Below are positions 1 to 11,098 of a stretch of 64,000 nt of DNA, in pieces; the first letter of the stretch is position 1; the number at the start of each line of letters is the position of its first letter. The stretch lies in the NCBI RefSeq assembly GCF_000189555.1, contig NC_017276.1. The stretch is one strand, 5' to 3'. A program made the position numbers and the translations under genes. This DNA comes from Saccharolobus islandicus REY15A. GTDB lineage: Archaea; Thermoproteota; Thermoprotei_A; Sulfolobales; Sulfolobaceae. Below the pieces are notes generated by a model. The model saw only the letters and a list, made by a program, of their open reading frames with translations. It was not told the DNA's origin and searched no databases.

Positions 1-62
1 TATTTGTTATCATTTATCATTCCTAGCCCTCTTCACGAAAGTTTATAAGCTTTTTCCGTTAA

Positions 63-1260
63 TAGCAGTTGTTCTACTTTTCCTTGGTAATACAAAGTTC
101 ACGGTACTATCGATAAAGTTTTTAGATTTACGTTTGGTTGATTGAAAACTGTGAAGTCCGAGAAAGAGCTGAACATTGCAAGGAGCGAGTTCATTAAGTC
201 CTTCAATTTCATAGTCGGGATACTGAGAATGAACGGGTTAAGCAGAAAGGTCGCAGTAGACTTAGCACTCATGACCTTGCTAGGAGAGAGGGCCAGCATT
301 AGAAACACATCAATCACGTTCAGGTTAAACTACGCCAACTTGTTAAAAACACTAGAGAACTTAGAGAACACATGGAGAGACTACCTTAAAGCGTTAAGCA
401 AAGTGATAATTGGACCGGTAGTAGTGATAATTGACGACACCTTCGACCACAAACTCTATTCCAGAGTAGAGCAAGCAAGTACGGGAACTACTTCGCGTGG
501 TGCTCCACGCACAAGAGATTCGAGCCTGGCATACAAGTCCTCACAATAGCCTTATACGACCTAGCTATGGGAAAGAGCTATTTGATAGGAGCTTTCCCCT
601 ACGCCACGAGAAAGATGTGGGAAAGCGGGATGGTAAGTGAGTTCAAGACCAAGATCGAGATGGCTGCGGAAATTATGGAGGTTCTCAAAGAGCGGTTCCA
701 TGTGGCGAGGGTAGTGTTTGACTCCTGGTATTGGTCGGAGAAGCTGGTGAAGGGTAGTGTAGTTTCGGAGTTGAAGTCTAATAGGAGGCTCCTAAGGTTT
801 AGGCCTTTGGAGGGGGAGAAGACGTTGGGGGTGGAGGGGCACCCCCATGTCGGAGATCTCCCTCCAAGGTCTTACTTGGCTGAGCTGACCCTAGGAGACC
901 AAGTTATTACTATAAGGTTGTTAATACTGGTATATAAAGATAACAGGCTGAACTTGTACGCCACTGACCTTAACTTGAGCGATGAGGAGATAGAGGCAAC
1001 TTGGAAGATTAGGTGGGAGATAGAGAAGTTACACAAGGACGTCAAGACCTTGGGTATGCAAGATTCCTCTTTCCTCAAGAGGAAGAGGCTTCAAGGTTAT
1101 CTGCTCCTCTTTGTGATGGTGGTCAACGCGGCCAGAGACTTGGTCACGTCCCTTAACTTGAAGAGCGTGGAGGAACTTCTCCGGTTCGTTGAAATATGTT
1201 TAGAGAGTGCTCTGGGTTTGATGAAAATCTTTAAGCTGCGTTAAAGTAGAACAACTGCTA
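63..1260 (+). mobile_element. ISH3-family (IS4-like DDE) insertion sequence, ISC1200-like, about 1.2 kb
   Basis: Perfect 18-bp terminal inverted repeats TAGCAGTTGTTCTACTTT (63-80) and AAAGTAGAACAACTGCTA (1243-1260) enclose a transposase. Length is 1198 bp. No clear target duplication. The ISC name is inferred from size and family. Confidence 0.85.
142..1244 (+). pseudogene. Frameshifted DDE transposase
   Basis: ORFs 142-549 and 567-1244 carry DDE motifs (IIDDT, VFDSWY, RWEIEKLH). A frameshift near 478 splits them; the shifted frame reads YGNYFAWCSTHKRFEPGIQVLTIALYDL into the second ORF. Confidence 0.85.
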
Positions 1261-1727
1261 TGATAATATTAATATTAATTATTCCATTTATATATTCATT
1301 CAGATAATTACATTCCGGACATTCTCACGTTTATGAGTAGTCGTCTAATAAAGAGACTTAGAAATTCATTTTTCAAAATTCTGTTATTTGTAGGAAATAA
1401 TTCTTCGCATTCTCATAAAAGTTTTCAGCTTTCAATCTATCTTTGCCTTCAATGAATTTAATCCTTTCTCATACCATACTGAAATCCTAGATTTAGATTA
1501 GAAATTATATTTTTATTAAGTACAATAAGTATTTTGTTTAAAATCCTAGGATTAGATAGTTTTTAAAAGAATTATATTCAAGATCATAATATTTTTATAT
1601 TAAGACTATTAAATCCCATTATTTATATTAAAGTAAGAGCAAATATTAAGGTAAGTACTCAATCGAAGAATTTAACAAAGCAAACAAATTGGGAAGAATT
1701 TATAAGTCTGTAATACATGTTTAACAC

Positions 1728-2216
1728 ATGAGTCAAGAAAACAATGAAAACAATAAGAAAACAATTACAATAAGAGGAGTTGATGAGAAAATATATAGAA
1801 AGCTAACAGAAATTGCTAGATCTTCTGGTAAGACTATTGGGGAAGTTACGAACCAAGCGTTTAGAACATTCTTAGATTTATCAGATGCTGCCAAAAGAAC
1901 TGCAAGTGGAGTAGTTGAAAGTGGTAAAACGTTCATTGAAGGATTTAAGGAAGGAATAGGCAATTTAATAATAATTTCCGATATAGACGAGTTATCAGTA
2001 AACAAGGAAGAGATGATGCAAACGAGTAAGCCTATTGCATTTAAAGGTATTAAGAAATTAAGCCTAGTTAATATTTCGGATGATGATGTGGAGAAATACA
2101 TCCAAGAAATAAGTGATGTTGATGAGCTTATAATACCACCAAATATTAATAAGTTAAAACTATTGCAGAAGTGTAGGAGAGTTAAAAAGATAATTGTGCA
2201 AAACAACCCCGTTTAA
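1728..2216 (+). CDS. Hypothetical protein with N-terminal ribbon-helix-helix-like DNA-binding motif
   Basis: ITIRGVDEKIYRKLTEIARSSGKTIGEV fits an RHH pattern. First gene of a co-oriented run with two radical SAM genes. Confidence 0.6.
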   Translation: MSQENNENNKKTITIRGVDEKIYRKLTEIARSSGKTIGEVTNQAFRTFLDLSDAAKRTASGVVESGKTFIEGFKEGIGNLIIISDIDELSVNKEEMMQTSKPIAFKGIKKLSLVNISDDDVEKYIQEISDVDELIIPPNINKLKLLQKCRRVKKIIVQNNPV

Positions 2217-2277
2217 GAAAATAATTGCTAAAAGATTAGAGATCACTTTTTTATGACTAAGATATCTTTTTATTATT

Positions 2278-3414
2278 ATGATTCCAATAAGCGTTCTAGT
2301 AACTAATGCTGGTACAGTTTCATTTCATATTAAGGGTGAGTATAATAAGGATAGACCTAGTAAATTCAGCGACGTATTTAGACCAGTGGTAACGTGGAAT
2401 CTCACGCTGAAATGCAACTTGAAATGTCTTCATTGTTATATTAACTCGTCACCAGAAGGTGAGGATGGGTCAACTACAGAAGAGGCGTTAAGGCTAATAG
2501 ACGAAATGGCTGAAATGAGAATTCCATTAGTTATAATGAGCGGCGGAGAGCCATTAATGAGAAGGGATTTCTTTGAATTGGCATCATATGCTAGGATAAA
2601 GGGAATAAAATTAGCCTTATCTACAAATGGCACATTGATTACCGAGAGTGTTGCGAAGAAATTAAAAGAACTGGATTTCTCTTACGTAGGTATAAGTTTA
2701 GATAGTTACGATCCAGAATTTCACGATAAATTTAGAGGTCTAAATGGAGCCTTTAACATGACAGTAAAGGGAATTAAAAATGCAATAAACGTTGGACTAA
2801 ACGTTGGACTTAGATTTACTATTACGGCTAGAAACATTCATCAGATAGACGAATACGTGAAATTGGCCCTTGAACTGGGAGTTAAGAGAATAACGTTTTA
2901 TCATTTATCAGCTAGTGGGAGGGGTAAGGAATTAAGGGAGTGGATGTATACTCCAGAAGAATATGTTGGTTTCATAAACAAAATGATTGACTATGCAATT
3001 AAGCTAAGTGGAAAGATAGAGATTGAGACTACCTTGGGACAATTCGATGGAGTTTACATAGCTAAAAAGTTGGCTAGAGATGAGGAAGAACTTGAAAAGT
3101 ACATGAAATTTGTTGAAAATAGTGGAGGATGTGGAAGGAAGATGATATCAATATATCCAAATGGTGACGTTTATCCTTGTCAATTCATTGACTTTTACAA
3201 ATTAGGTAACGTTAGGGAAAAACCGCTTAAGGAGATAATTAAGAATATTCCCGACCTATTCATAAATACGGACAAGTATTTGAGGGGGAAATATTGTGAT
3301 AAATGTAAATATAAATCGGCGTGTAAAGGAGGAGATAGAGCTAGAGCGTATTATTGGAATGGAGATGTTTATGGAGATGACCCATTATGCCCTTTGAAAA
3401 CGCTCCACATTTAG
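2278..3414 (+). CDS. Radical SAM/SPASM protein, NirJ/AhbC-like (candidate alternative heme biosynthesis)
   Basis: CNLKCLHC motif, SGGEP motif, C-terminal SPASM cysteines ([13 protein letters not shown]...DPLC). Confidence 0.75.
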   Translation: MIPISVLVTNAGTVSFHIKGEYNKDRPSKFSDVFRPVVTWNLTLKCNLKCLHCYINSSPEGEDGSTTEEALRLIDEMAEMRIPLVIMSGGEPLMRRDFFELASYARIKGIKLALSTNGTLITESVAKKLKELDFSYVGISLDSYDPEFHDKFRGLNGAFNMTVKGIKNAINVGLNVGLRFTITARNIHQIDEYVKLALELGVKRITFYHLSASGRGKELREWMYTPEEYVGFINKMIDYAIKLSGKIEIETTLGQFDGVYIAKKLARDEEELEKYMKFVENSGGCGRKMISIYPNGDVYPCQFIDFYKLGNVREKPLKEIIKNIPDLFINTDKYLRGKYCDKCKYKSACKGGDRARAYYWNGDVYGDDPLCPLKTLHI

Positions 3415-4439
3415 TCTTCTGGGAAGTAACTAAAGCCTGCCCATTAACTTGTAAACACTGTAGAGCTAACGCTATAGATAAGCCGTTGCCAGGTGAGCTT
3501 AATACTGAGGAGAGTAGAAAATTATTAGAAGATATAGCGAGATTTGGAAAGGTTGTTATAGTTTTCACCGGTGGTGATCCGTTAAGTAGAAGTGATATTT
3601 TCGAACTAATGGAATACGCTAAGTCGCTAGGATTAGTAGTTTCAATAGCACCCTCTCCTTCTCACCGTTTAGACGATGAGACCATGAAGATGATAAGCAA
3701 TTATACTAGATACATGTCAATTAGCCTAGACGGAGCTACTTCGCAAACTCATGACTGGTTAAGGGGACTTGGTAGTTATAAATACGCTTTAAGAGGAATA
3801 GAGCTTGGATTAAAATACGGGATACAAGTTCAAGTCAATACCCTAGTTTGGAAGAAGAGTTATAGTGAATTACCTTTCGTAGTCAAATTGCTAAAAGAGA
3901 TGGGGGTAAAGATTTGGGAAGTGTTCTTTCTAATTCCAGTGGGTAGAGGAACTACTGAGATGGATATTCCTAGAGATAAATATAAAGATGTTATTGACTT
4001 TCTAGTTGAAGCCACTAGATATGATTTAATTGTGAGAACTGTTGAGGCACCTTTCTTTAGGAGAGCTAAACTTGAGTATACTCCAGCTACTGGTAATAAT
4101 AATGAGCTGGTTTCTAAATTACGCGAACTGTTAGGTGAACCAGTAAAGGAAGTTGATAAGAGCATTTTGCCTACTAGGGACGGGGCTGGCGTTATCTTTA
4201 TAGGTTATAATGGTGATGTCTATCCTAGTGGCTTCTTACCATTGTATTTAGGTAATGTTAAGAAGGAGAGTCTAGTCGATATTTATAGAAAGTCTGAGGT
4301 TTTGAAAAAATTAAAGGATAGTAGGTTCGAAGGGAAATGTGGCATATGCAAATACAATAATATTTGTGGGGGGAGTAGGGCTAGGGCTTTTGCAGTATAT
4401 AATAACCCATTTGCAGAAGACCCAATGTGTCCATACTAA
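3387..4439 (+). CDS. Radical SAM/SPASM protein, NirJ/AhbD-like
   Basis: CPLTCKHC motif, [22 protein letters not shown]...DPMC. Overlaps the preceding gene. Confidence 0.75.
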   Translation: MPFENAPHLVFWEVTKACPLTCKHCRANAIDKPLPGELNTEESRKLLEDIARFGKVVIVFTGGDPLSRSDIFELMEYAKSLGLVVSIAPSPSHRLDDETMKMISNYTRYMSISLDGATSQTHDWLRGLGSYKYALRGIELGLKYGIQVQVNTLVWKKSYSELPFVVKLLKEMGVKIWEVFFLIPVGRGTTEMDIPRDKYKDVIDFLVEATRYDLIVRTVEAPFFRRAKLEYTPATGNNNELVSKLRELLGEPVKEVDKSILPTRDGAGVIFIGYNGDVYPSGFLPLYLGNVKKESLVDIYRKSEVLKKLKDSRFEGKCGICKYNNICGGSRARAFAVYNNPFAEDPMCPY

Positions 4440-4561
4440 TACGCTTTTATTTTAAACTAAAGATGAATGTGCTTATAAAAATGTTATAAGTATTATAGGT
4501 TTAAAAATTGGATTATTAAGTATTTCATGATAACTTAAAAACTTCTAATACAAATACATAC

Positions 4562-5974
4562 TTGATGAGTCAAGAGGTTATTGAAGTTCGTTCGCCCTCC
4601 AATCTTAATGTAATTGGAACTGTGAAAAGAATGCATAAAGATGAGGTTAGAGGAGAAATAGAGGAGGCATATAAGGGATTTGAAATAATATCAAAGATGC
4701 CCCTCTATAAAAGGACAGCTATATTGAGAAAAGTATCGGAAATTTTGGAAAGAGAACAAGAGAGACTAGCTAAACTACTTGTAATGGAAGCCGGTAAGCC
4801 GATTAGGGATTCTAGGGTTGAAGTATTAAGGGCTTCCAGATTGTTTAGACAAGCTGCTGAAGAAGTCGGAATGGTTTTAGAAGGTAAAAATTATAGAGTG
4901 GACGCTTATGAGTATCCTCCTGGAAATGAGAATAGAATAGTTGTAAGTACTAGGGAACCGATAGGTGTTGTATCTGCAATTTTACCCTTCAACTTCCCCA
5001 TAAACTCCTTTGCCCATAAGGTTGCTCCAGCTTTAGCAGTAGGAAATTCAGTAGTGGTTAAGCCAAGTATAAATACACCCCTAGCTGCCATAGAAATGAA
5101 GAAAATATTGGTTGAGGCTGGATTACCCGATAGTGCAGTTAGAGTAGTCACTGGTTATAGTAGTGAAATCGGGGATGAGATAATTACTCACCCATTGGTC
5201 GGCTTAATTACGTTAACCGGTTCCACACAAACGGGTCTTAAAATAGCCTCTAAGGCTGTTTCCTTAGGGAAGAGAATAATAATGGAGTTGGGAGGTTCTG
5301 ATCCCATAATAATCTTAGAAGATGCCAATATAGAGAGAGCCTCTTCAATAGCTGTTAGAGCTAGGTTTGAGTACGCTGGACAGAACTGTAATGCTGGCAA
5401 GAGAATTATAGTTAGGGAGGAGATATACGATAAGTTCGTAAAGGCGTTTAACGATAAGGCTAGAGCGTTAAAGGTAGGTGACCCCTTGGATGAAACTACC
5501 GACGTTGGACCAGTAATCAACAAAGAGAGCGTTGAGAACTTAAACAGTGTATTAGCAGACGCTAAAGCTAAGGGTGGAAAGGTTGAAATCCTCAATAAGG
5601 GTCCAGAGAGTGGAAGTTTCTTCCCACTGACTATGGTAACTAATCCCTCACTGGATATGCTAGTCCTAAAGAGTGAAGTCTTCGGACCTATAGTACCAAT
5701 TGTGAGTGTTAAGAGTGATGAGGAGGCGATACGAATAGCTAATTCAACCGAGTATGGGTTACAGTCTGCAATCTTTACTAATGATGTAAATAGGGCTTTA
5801 AAGTTAAGTAGAGAGTTGAAGTTTGGTGCTGTTATCATAAATGATAGTACGAGATTGAGGTGGGACTCACTAGCATTCGGCGGATTTAAGAAAAGCGGTA
5901 TAGGGAGAGAAGGAGTTAGAGAGACAATGCTTGAAATGACTGAAAATAAGTTGATAGCAATAACGCTTCTTTAA
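4562..5974 (+). CDS. NAD(P)-dependent aldehyde dehydrogenase
   Basis: ALDH motifs PFNFP, TGST, MELGGSDP, GQNC (catalytic Cys), EVFGP, FGGFKKSGIGREG. Confidence 0.95.
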   Translation: MMSQEVIEVRSPSNLNVIGTVKRMHKDEVRGEIEEAYKGFEIISKMPLYKRTAILRKVSEILEREQERLAKLLVMEAGKPIRDSRVEVLRASRLFRQAAEEVGMVLEGKNYRVDAYEYPPGNENRIVVSTREPIGVVSAILPFNFPINSFAHKVAPALAVGNSVVVKPSINTPLAAIEMKKILVEAGLPDSAVRVVTGYSSEIGDEIITHPLVGLITLTGSTQTGLKIASKAVSLGKRIIMELGGSDPIIILEDANIERASSIAVRARFEYAGQNCNAGKRIIVREEIYDKFVKAFNDKARALKVGDPLDETTDVGPVINKESVENLNSVLADAKAKGGKVEILNKGPESGSFFPLTMVTNPSLDMLVLKSEVFGPIVPIVSVKSDEEAIRIANSTEYGLQSAIFTNDVNRALKLSRELKFGAVIINDSTRLRWDSLAFGGFKKSGIGREGVRETMLEMTENKLIAITLL

Positions 5975-6272
5975 TATTTTTGAGTTTTTTATCACAGTAG
6001 TAATTTTTTATTAATATCGTGAAATATATAAATAAGGTCTACGGAACGATTTTCCTATAAAGCACATTCTACATGATTATTTAAATTAATGAAATTTTAT
6101 GAAGCTTATGTGGTGTTATTATTAAGAGATAAGTAAAGGGCGAAATGAGATTTTTATATATTTTGTTTAGTAAAAAATAGTTAAACCATAACGTTACTTA
6201 TGCCCTTATAAGCTCACTTGTCCATTTATAGCTTAATAACGACACTCTTAATAATGGTACTATGTCATTTTG

Positions 6273-6540
6273 TTAACATGTTAGCCCTATCATTTCTGCA
6301 ATTCCGCATAATTTGCTGTGAACTCCAAACCTTTTAGCCTTCTCTTTTACCCTTTCATTTAAACCGTGATTTAACAATATCGCGATAATATCCTCTTCAT
6401 CTTGGCTACTACCATAGATAAGTTTAGCCAATACGATATCTTCTATGCTCTCAATCCAACAAGGGATCCCTAAAAGTTCTCCGTTTGTCCCCTAATCCTT
6501 CCGTTAAGGACTTCGTAATCAAGTTCATCCTTAACAAATT
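6273..6540 (-). pseudogene. C-terminal remnant of a nucleotidyltransferase-fold protein (not in ORF track)
   Basis: Manual translation gives ELLGIPCWIESIEDIVLAKLIYGSSQDEEDIIAILL...GLTC*. It is preceded in another frame by FVKDELDYEVLNGRIR. The EDIVLAKL...QD..DI pattern is typical of AbiEii/DUF6036-like NTases. Confidence 0.55.
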
Positions 6541-6645
6541 TTAAGTCAACATGAAAAAAGACTGTAACTCTTTTACGTAACCACTGGTTATTTTTAATTA
6601 CTTCTAAATATCGTTTTGATTAAATAATGTTTATATAGTATTACA

Positions 6646-6852
6646 ATGTATTTTCTATTGATGATCCCCCTAACTGATGACGGGTACTACTCACGAGGTT
6701 TGGGGAGTGATAAAAGTGTGGATGGGAGGATAGTGGTGTTTCCCTCGACCAGCCCCAATGACTTAAGGGTGACTGTGTATGATCCCTTAGGAGGGGTGCC
6801 CGTGGCGGAATTAGAAGTAATTAAAAGTAAGGAAAAGTTACGCCATGGGTAA
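6646..6852 (+). other. GC-rich short ORF, possibly the 3' remnant of an IS200/605 tnpB-related gene
   Basis: Locally raised GC. The C-terminus (GRIVVFPSTSPNDLRVTVYDPLGGVPVAELEVIKSKEKLRHG) resembles Sulfolobales TnpB-related tails from memory; unverified. Confidence 0.3.
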
Positions 6853-6876
6853 ACACTTGCACTAGCTAGGAAATAT

Positions 6877-7250
6877 ATGACCGAGGCCGAGGAGTACTTA
6901 AAGAAAGGCGAATCGGTACAAGCTTCTGAAAAAGCGTATAAGGTTGCTAAGGAAGCAGTTAAAGCTTTAGCGGAGAAGTTCAATTTGCCAGAGTATCAAC
7001 AAGCGGTTAAGGAAGGAAGATGGTATACTTACACTTTAGGTAGTGGATCGGCCTCTCTGTCAAAAATGTTGGGTGAATGGGTAGTTAATGGGTGGAGTAG
7101 TGTATATTTCCTTCACTAGTAAGTCCAATAACTTCGTAGCTTGCTAACATCTTGATTCTGCAAAAGAATCAGCTAAGAATTTCCAATAACTACTAACGTT
7201 TGGGGTTTTCACGAGTCTAAACTCAGTGTAACTGATATAATCCCTTTCTA
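6877..7250 (+). pseudogene. PaREP1-family (HEPN-like) gene interrupted by a MITE
   Basis: EAEEYLKKGESVQASEKAYK...GWSSVYFLH. The frame resumes after the insert as VWGFHESKL, restoring the LHVWGFHE motif, then ends early. Confidence 0.85.
7117..7195. mobile_element. 79-bp MITE, SM1-like (IS630/ISC1048-related ends)
   Basis: Ends TAGTA...TACTA flanked by a 2-bp AC duplication. Removing it restores the PaREP1 frame. The left end matches the ISC1048-like TIR at 13 of 19 positions. Size fits the known Sulfolobus SM1 class. Confidence 0.6.
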
Positions 7251-7619
7251 GAAGGGGTTAAAAAATTGCTAGAGAACGCTGAGAAGTTAATTTGGAGCTG
7301 AAATCGCAATTATCTACATTCTACTTCTCCCACATCTTTTCTAAACCGCTTACTGACCTCCTCATTACTCATATCCGCCGATGTTAAAGGTTTCCGATAA
7401 ACTACAAAATTTACATTATTTAACATTCCTAACACCTCGCCATTAACTTCTATAAGGAGGACACTCAATGAAACTCCCCGCGTACTAGAAGGGAATTAGT
7501 CCCTAGACGTCATGGGGAGGAGTGATGAGGCCAAGTGATTAATTAAAAGTGACTATTAGTCACGATGAAAGCAGAACTCTATCCCGACATCGCCAAGAAC
7601 TATTATACTGAAACCGGTA

Positions 7620-8711
7620 TTAGCATCTTACGTTAATTATTTCTCCTAATAACTTATCTGTAATCATATATTTTCTATCCTCTTTGACTAGGAAAGAGTA
7701 CTCTAATAAATTATTTATTATGTCGCTCACAGTTCCGTCGTTTATCTCTCTGCCTTCCAGAGCCTCTAGAGAGTTTTTAATATCCTTCCAACTGCATCCT
7801 TTCCTGCAAGTTTCTATTACCTTTAAATACCTCCTCTTGTCTCTACCTCCTTCCTTTGTGAAGTTACAGAATTCCCTAGAAAGTAACCTTTTTGCATATC
7901 TCTTCGTTTCTAAAATAGCCTTTTCTTCGTCTCTCCCGTGTTTTATGTAGATATAACCGAAATAAGTCAGCCAGCCTGGATTTCCTCCTAGAATATCAAA
8001 GATTTTCTCAGAATCTGGGAAACTTATTCCTTGTTCTTTAAATCCCTCTTCTAAGAACCTAACTGATGTCTCCTTGCTAAAGGGCAGTAAATTAATTTCT
8101 ACATGTGCCCTTCCGAAGAGCGGCGAATTTTCGTCTTCTAATTTTAAAAATTTATCTCTAACTCTGACTTCTGAACCAGTTACTATGAAACTTAAATTCT
8201 TTAAATTATCATAAGCATAAGCGATGGAAGGTAAAATATTATATCCTCTAAGCTTTATTAACTCTTGTGCCTCATCAATCACAATATGCATAGTTTTTCC
8301 CTTTTCACTTGCCCAATCGTTTAATTCTGAAAACACATCGGATATTTCAACTTTTTCTTCTCCCCAGCTAAAACTTACTGAAAACCCCATAACTTGAACT
8401 CCTTGTATGTGGCGAAGATACGATAAGAGATCCTTATTTTTTCTGGTAATTTCGTTTATTTCCCTTTCTAGAGATTTAATGAAATCTTTGTATACAATAT
8501 ATTCTTTATTTTCAAACCTTCTCATATCTAGAAAAATGTAGGTTGATTTAGTATAATTTAAAACTGATTTTATTAACGACGTCTTTCCTGTTCTTCTAAG
8601 TCCAATTATAATAATTAAAGGAGAGTCTAGTGAATTTTTAAGTAATGAGATCTCTGATTCTCTGTCAAATAAGTCTTTCAAATTATCCTTTGGTCTCGGG
8701 TCGAATAACAT
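7620..8711 (-). CDS. Archaeal AAA+ ATPase (ATPase_2 family) with C-terminal wHTH
   Basis: MLFDPRPK start, Walker A GLRRTGKT, Walker B IVIDEAQ, SPLFGR and GGNPGWL motifs. Confidence 0.9.
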   Translation of the reverse strand: MLFDPRPKDNLKDLFDRESEISLLKNSLDSPLIIIIGLRRTGKTSLIKSVLNYTKSTYIFLDMRRFENKEYIVYKDFIKSLEREINEITRKNKDLLSYLRHIQGVQVMGFSVSFSWGEEKVEISDVFSELNDWASEKGKTMHIVIDEAQELIKLRGYNILPSIAYAYDNLKNLSFIVTGSEVRVRDKFLKLEDENSPLFGRAHVEINLLPFSKETSVRFLEEGFKEQGISFPDSEKIFDILGGNPGWLTYFGYIYIKHGRDEEKAILETKRYAKRLLSREFCNFTKEGGRDKRRYLKVIETCRKGCSWKDIKNSLEALEGREINDGTVSDIINNLLEYSFLVKEDRKYMITDKLLGEIINVRC

Positions 8712-9099
8712 TTTACTTTCCTCCTAGTAAGTAACTTACCCCCTCCCAAGTTTTATAGTTATCTAACAAGTAGGGGAGTGTACAGTAATTTCATCAATAT
8801 AAAACTTAGTTTAAATTTGCCGAGTGTAGTGACAGTATCGTCATTAAGTTACAAATTTATTAAATAGAGGATTCTCCGATAGAGTATAACCTAGTTCAGA
8901 TTCTCAGAGACGCTTTTTTACGTTAAAGTATAAATTTATAGCTTAATAATAACACTACGAGAATAAAAGCTGAATTGATGATAGGGCGATAAGCTCTCTG
9001 GAGGAAATCTTAGCCCTTTTAAGACGTGAGGAAGCCGTAAAACCTATTAGTTAGTTTACGTTAACTTTTATATTTACGCCCTTTTTTAAATAATATGTA

Positions 9100-10164
9100 A
9101 TGTTTACTATCGCTTTAAGGGTTTTATGGAACGGAGGAGTTGCCAGAATTGCAGTGGAACAGGCTAGGAACGCTAAGGCTAAGTTATTAGTATATAGAGA
9201 ATCCTTTTACAATTACGATCTCAGTGGAATATACGTTGAGTTCTTGAGAAGGAAAGGAGAGAAAGGATTCCTCACACCTCTCTTTAGGAAGATAACGGAA
9301 ATTTACGCTAAAAATAGGGGTGATGAAGCAACTGTGGATTTAGATCTTATAGTTAAGGCATCTAGAATTATTAAGGAACCCGCGTTGTTTCACGATCAAT
9401 TTGCTGGGATTACTGGTTATTTACGTAAGGTATTTCATGGAGAAGATTACGCGATATATCTTCATGAGACTTCTTTAACTTTAAAGGGTATTAAATATCT
9501 AATACCTAAGGTAATGGAAAGAAAAGTATTAGAAGGTGCTAAAATCATACTTACAAATTCACAATGGAACAAAAGAGTTCTAGAGGATAAAGGTATGGGA
9601 GCTGAAGTGCTATATCCAGGTTGTTACACAATAGATGAGGTTGAAGAAGATAAGGAAAATTTCGTTTTAGCGGTATCAATGTGGGATGAGGGGAGGAGAC
9701 CAGAAATTTACGGTGAGATAGCTAAAAGAATAAAGGGAAGGTTAATAATGGCGGGATCTTGGGCAAGAAGGGATACTATGGAGGAGTTTAAAAGAAAATA
9801 CCCAGAAGTTATAGTAACTGATAGGATTAGTGAAGATAAACTGAGGGAACTTTATAAAAAAGCGTCCTTAACTATACGCTTTGGATTCGATGAAAGAGGA
9901 CCTGGTATGGCTGTTTTGGAGTCCCTATGTAATGGTACAGCTGTAATAGTAAATGATGGATTAGGAGGAAAGGAGTTCGTAATTGAAGGGGAAAACGGTT
10001 ATGTGATAAAAGACTGGAAGGAGGCTGTAGACAGAATAAACGAGGTTTTAGAGAATCATAAGCTTAGAAGAAGTCTTTCAATTAACGCTTTAGAAACAGG
10101 TAAGAAATACTCTTGGAGAAACCACGCAATTAAGCTAACGGAAATTATGGAAAAGATTGCTTAA
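9100..10164 (+). CDS. Glycosyltransferase family 4 (GT-B)
   Basis: NGGVAR N-terminal loop and ERGPGMAVLESLCNGTAVIV acceptor/nucleotide-binding motif. Confidence 0.85.
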   Translation: MFTIALRVLWNGGVARIAVEQARNAKAKLLVYRESFYNYDLSGIYVEFLRRKGEKGFLTPLFRKITEIYAKNRGDEATVDLDLIVKASRIIKEPALFHDQFAGITGYLRKVFHGEDYAIYLHETSLTLKGIKYLIPKVMERKVLEGAKIILTNSQWNKRVLEDKGMGAEVLYPGCYTIDEVEEDKENFVLAVSMWDEGRRPEIYGEIAKRIKGRLIMAGSWARRDTMEEFKRKYPEVIVTDRISEDKLRELYKKASLTIRFGFDERGPGMAVLESLCNGTAVIVNDGLGGKEFVIEGENGYVIKDWKEAVDRINEVLENHKLRRSLSINALETGKKYSWRNHAIKLTEIMEKIA

Positions 10165-10409
10165 CTCCACGGTCTCAAACTTTTCTCCAAAAAATTAATA
10201 TAAACCAGAATTTTTATGTATTTTATTCATCTCGTTTTTTACGTTAAAAAAGAGATTCACATACTGACGAGCAGTTTTAAGGTAATTTCAAATAAATTCA
10301 CGATTACCCGTTGGCTCTCGACGTTCTTCTTGATATATAACCTATTTACACTCCAGTATATTTACTAGACAAAGAAGTGATAATAGATGTAAATATTCCA
10401 ATTGAATGA

Positions 10410-10840
10410 AATTATTGTTCACACTCTTGTTGGTGATATTAAACGCTTTTCAAGGCCGAGTCCTTTGTAGCTTATTGTGGATTAGACCCTGTTGTGGAAA
10501 GAAGCGGTAGGGCTGTGATAAGTAAGGGAATTCCCAAGAGGAGTAATAGATACTTGCGTAGCTTGTTTTATTTTCTTGCAGAGATAAATTACCATAGGCC
10601 CCAACCTTGCTGAAGTTCTACGAGTCCCACAAGGTTAAGCTTCACAGTAGGAAATTGCACACTGCTTTGGCTAGAAAGTTGGCTAGGATTATATGGAGTG
10701 TTTGGTATAATAATAAGCCTTATGAGCCTAAATAGGTGAATCCCTTCCCCTTAATCGCCACGTGGGTTGAAAGGATCTACGTGGCAACCTTAATTGACAC
10801 TATACTTGAAGTTCAACCGAAATATTTATTACTGAACGCC
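10410..10840 (+). mobile_element. IS110-family remnant (3' transposase portion plus right noncoding end)
   Basis: Translates to GDIKRF..AESFVAYCGLDPVVERSGRAVISKG with frameshifts. Stop at 10733-10735, then a structured noncoding end. Confidence 0.85.
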
Positions 10841-10894
10841 ACAAGGCAATTACCATAATAAAACTTTAATAAGAATAAGGGAATAGGTAATTGT

Positions 10895-11098
10895 GTGATA
10901 GATCCAAAATTAATAATAAAGTTATTAGAGGATAGACAGAGACCTAGAGGTAGTAAGATAAAGGATGAAGACTTAAAGAGACTGGCCAAATTTGGAGAGG
11001 AGAATATGAAATTGCTGGAAGTGTTAGGCTGTTGGAAAATGGAAGGTGATATAATATATTACAAGACTGGTTGCTTAGGGAATTACTTTCAAGAATAA
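10895..11098 (+). CDS. Small hypothetical protein, partner of the downstream nucleotidyltransferase
   Basis: 67 aa, overlaps the next gene, preceded by a TATA-like CTTTAATA. Confidence 0.55.
   Translation: MIDPKLIIKLLEDRQRPRGSKIKDEDLKRLAKFGEENMKLLEVLGCWKMEGDIIYYKTGCLGNYFQE

Noticed and set aside
24-50. TAGCCCTCTTCACGAAAGTTTATAAGC as the end of another IS630-like element
   Set aside because: It resembles local IS630 ends only loosely and no partner end or transposase is visible.
7117-7197. 81-nt in-frame interruption of PaREP1 as a possible archaeal mRNA intron
   Set aside because: No bulge-helix-bulge pairing at the junction registers I tested. Terminal repeats plus a 2-bp duplication fit a MITE better.
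7470-7615. GTGATGA followed later by CTGA as a possible box C/D RNA
   Set aside because: Spacing is too long and there is no credible D'/C' pair. More likely a degraded mobile-element end, which I could not assign.
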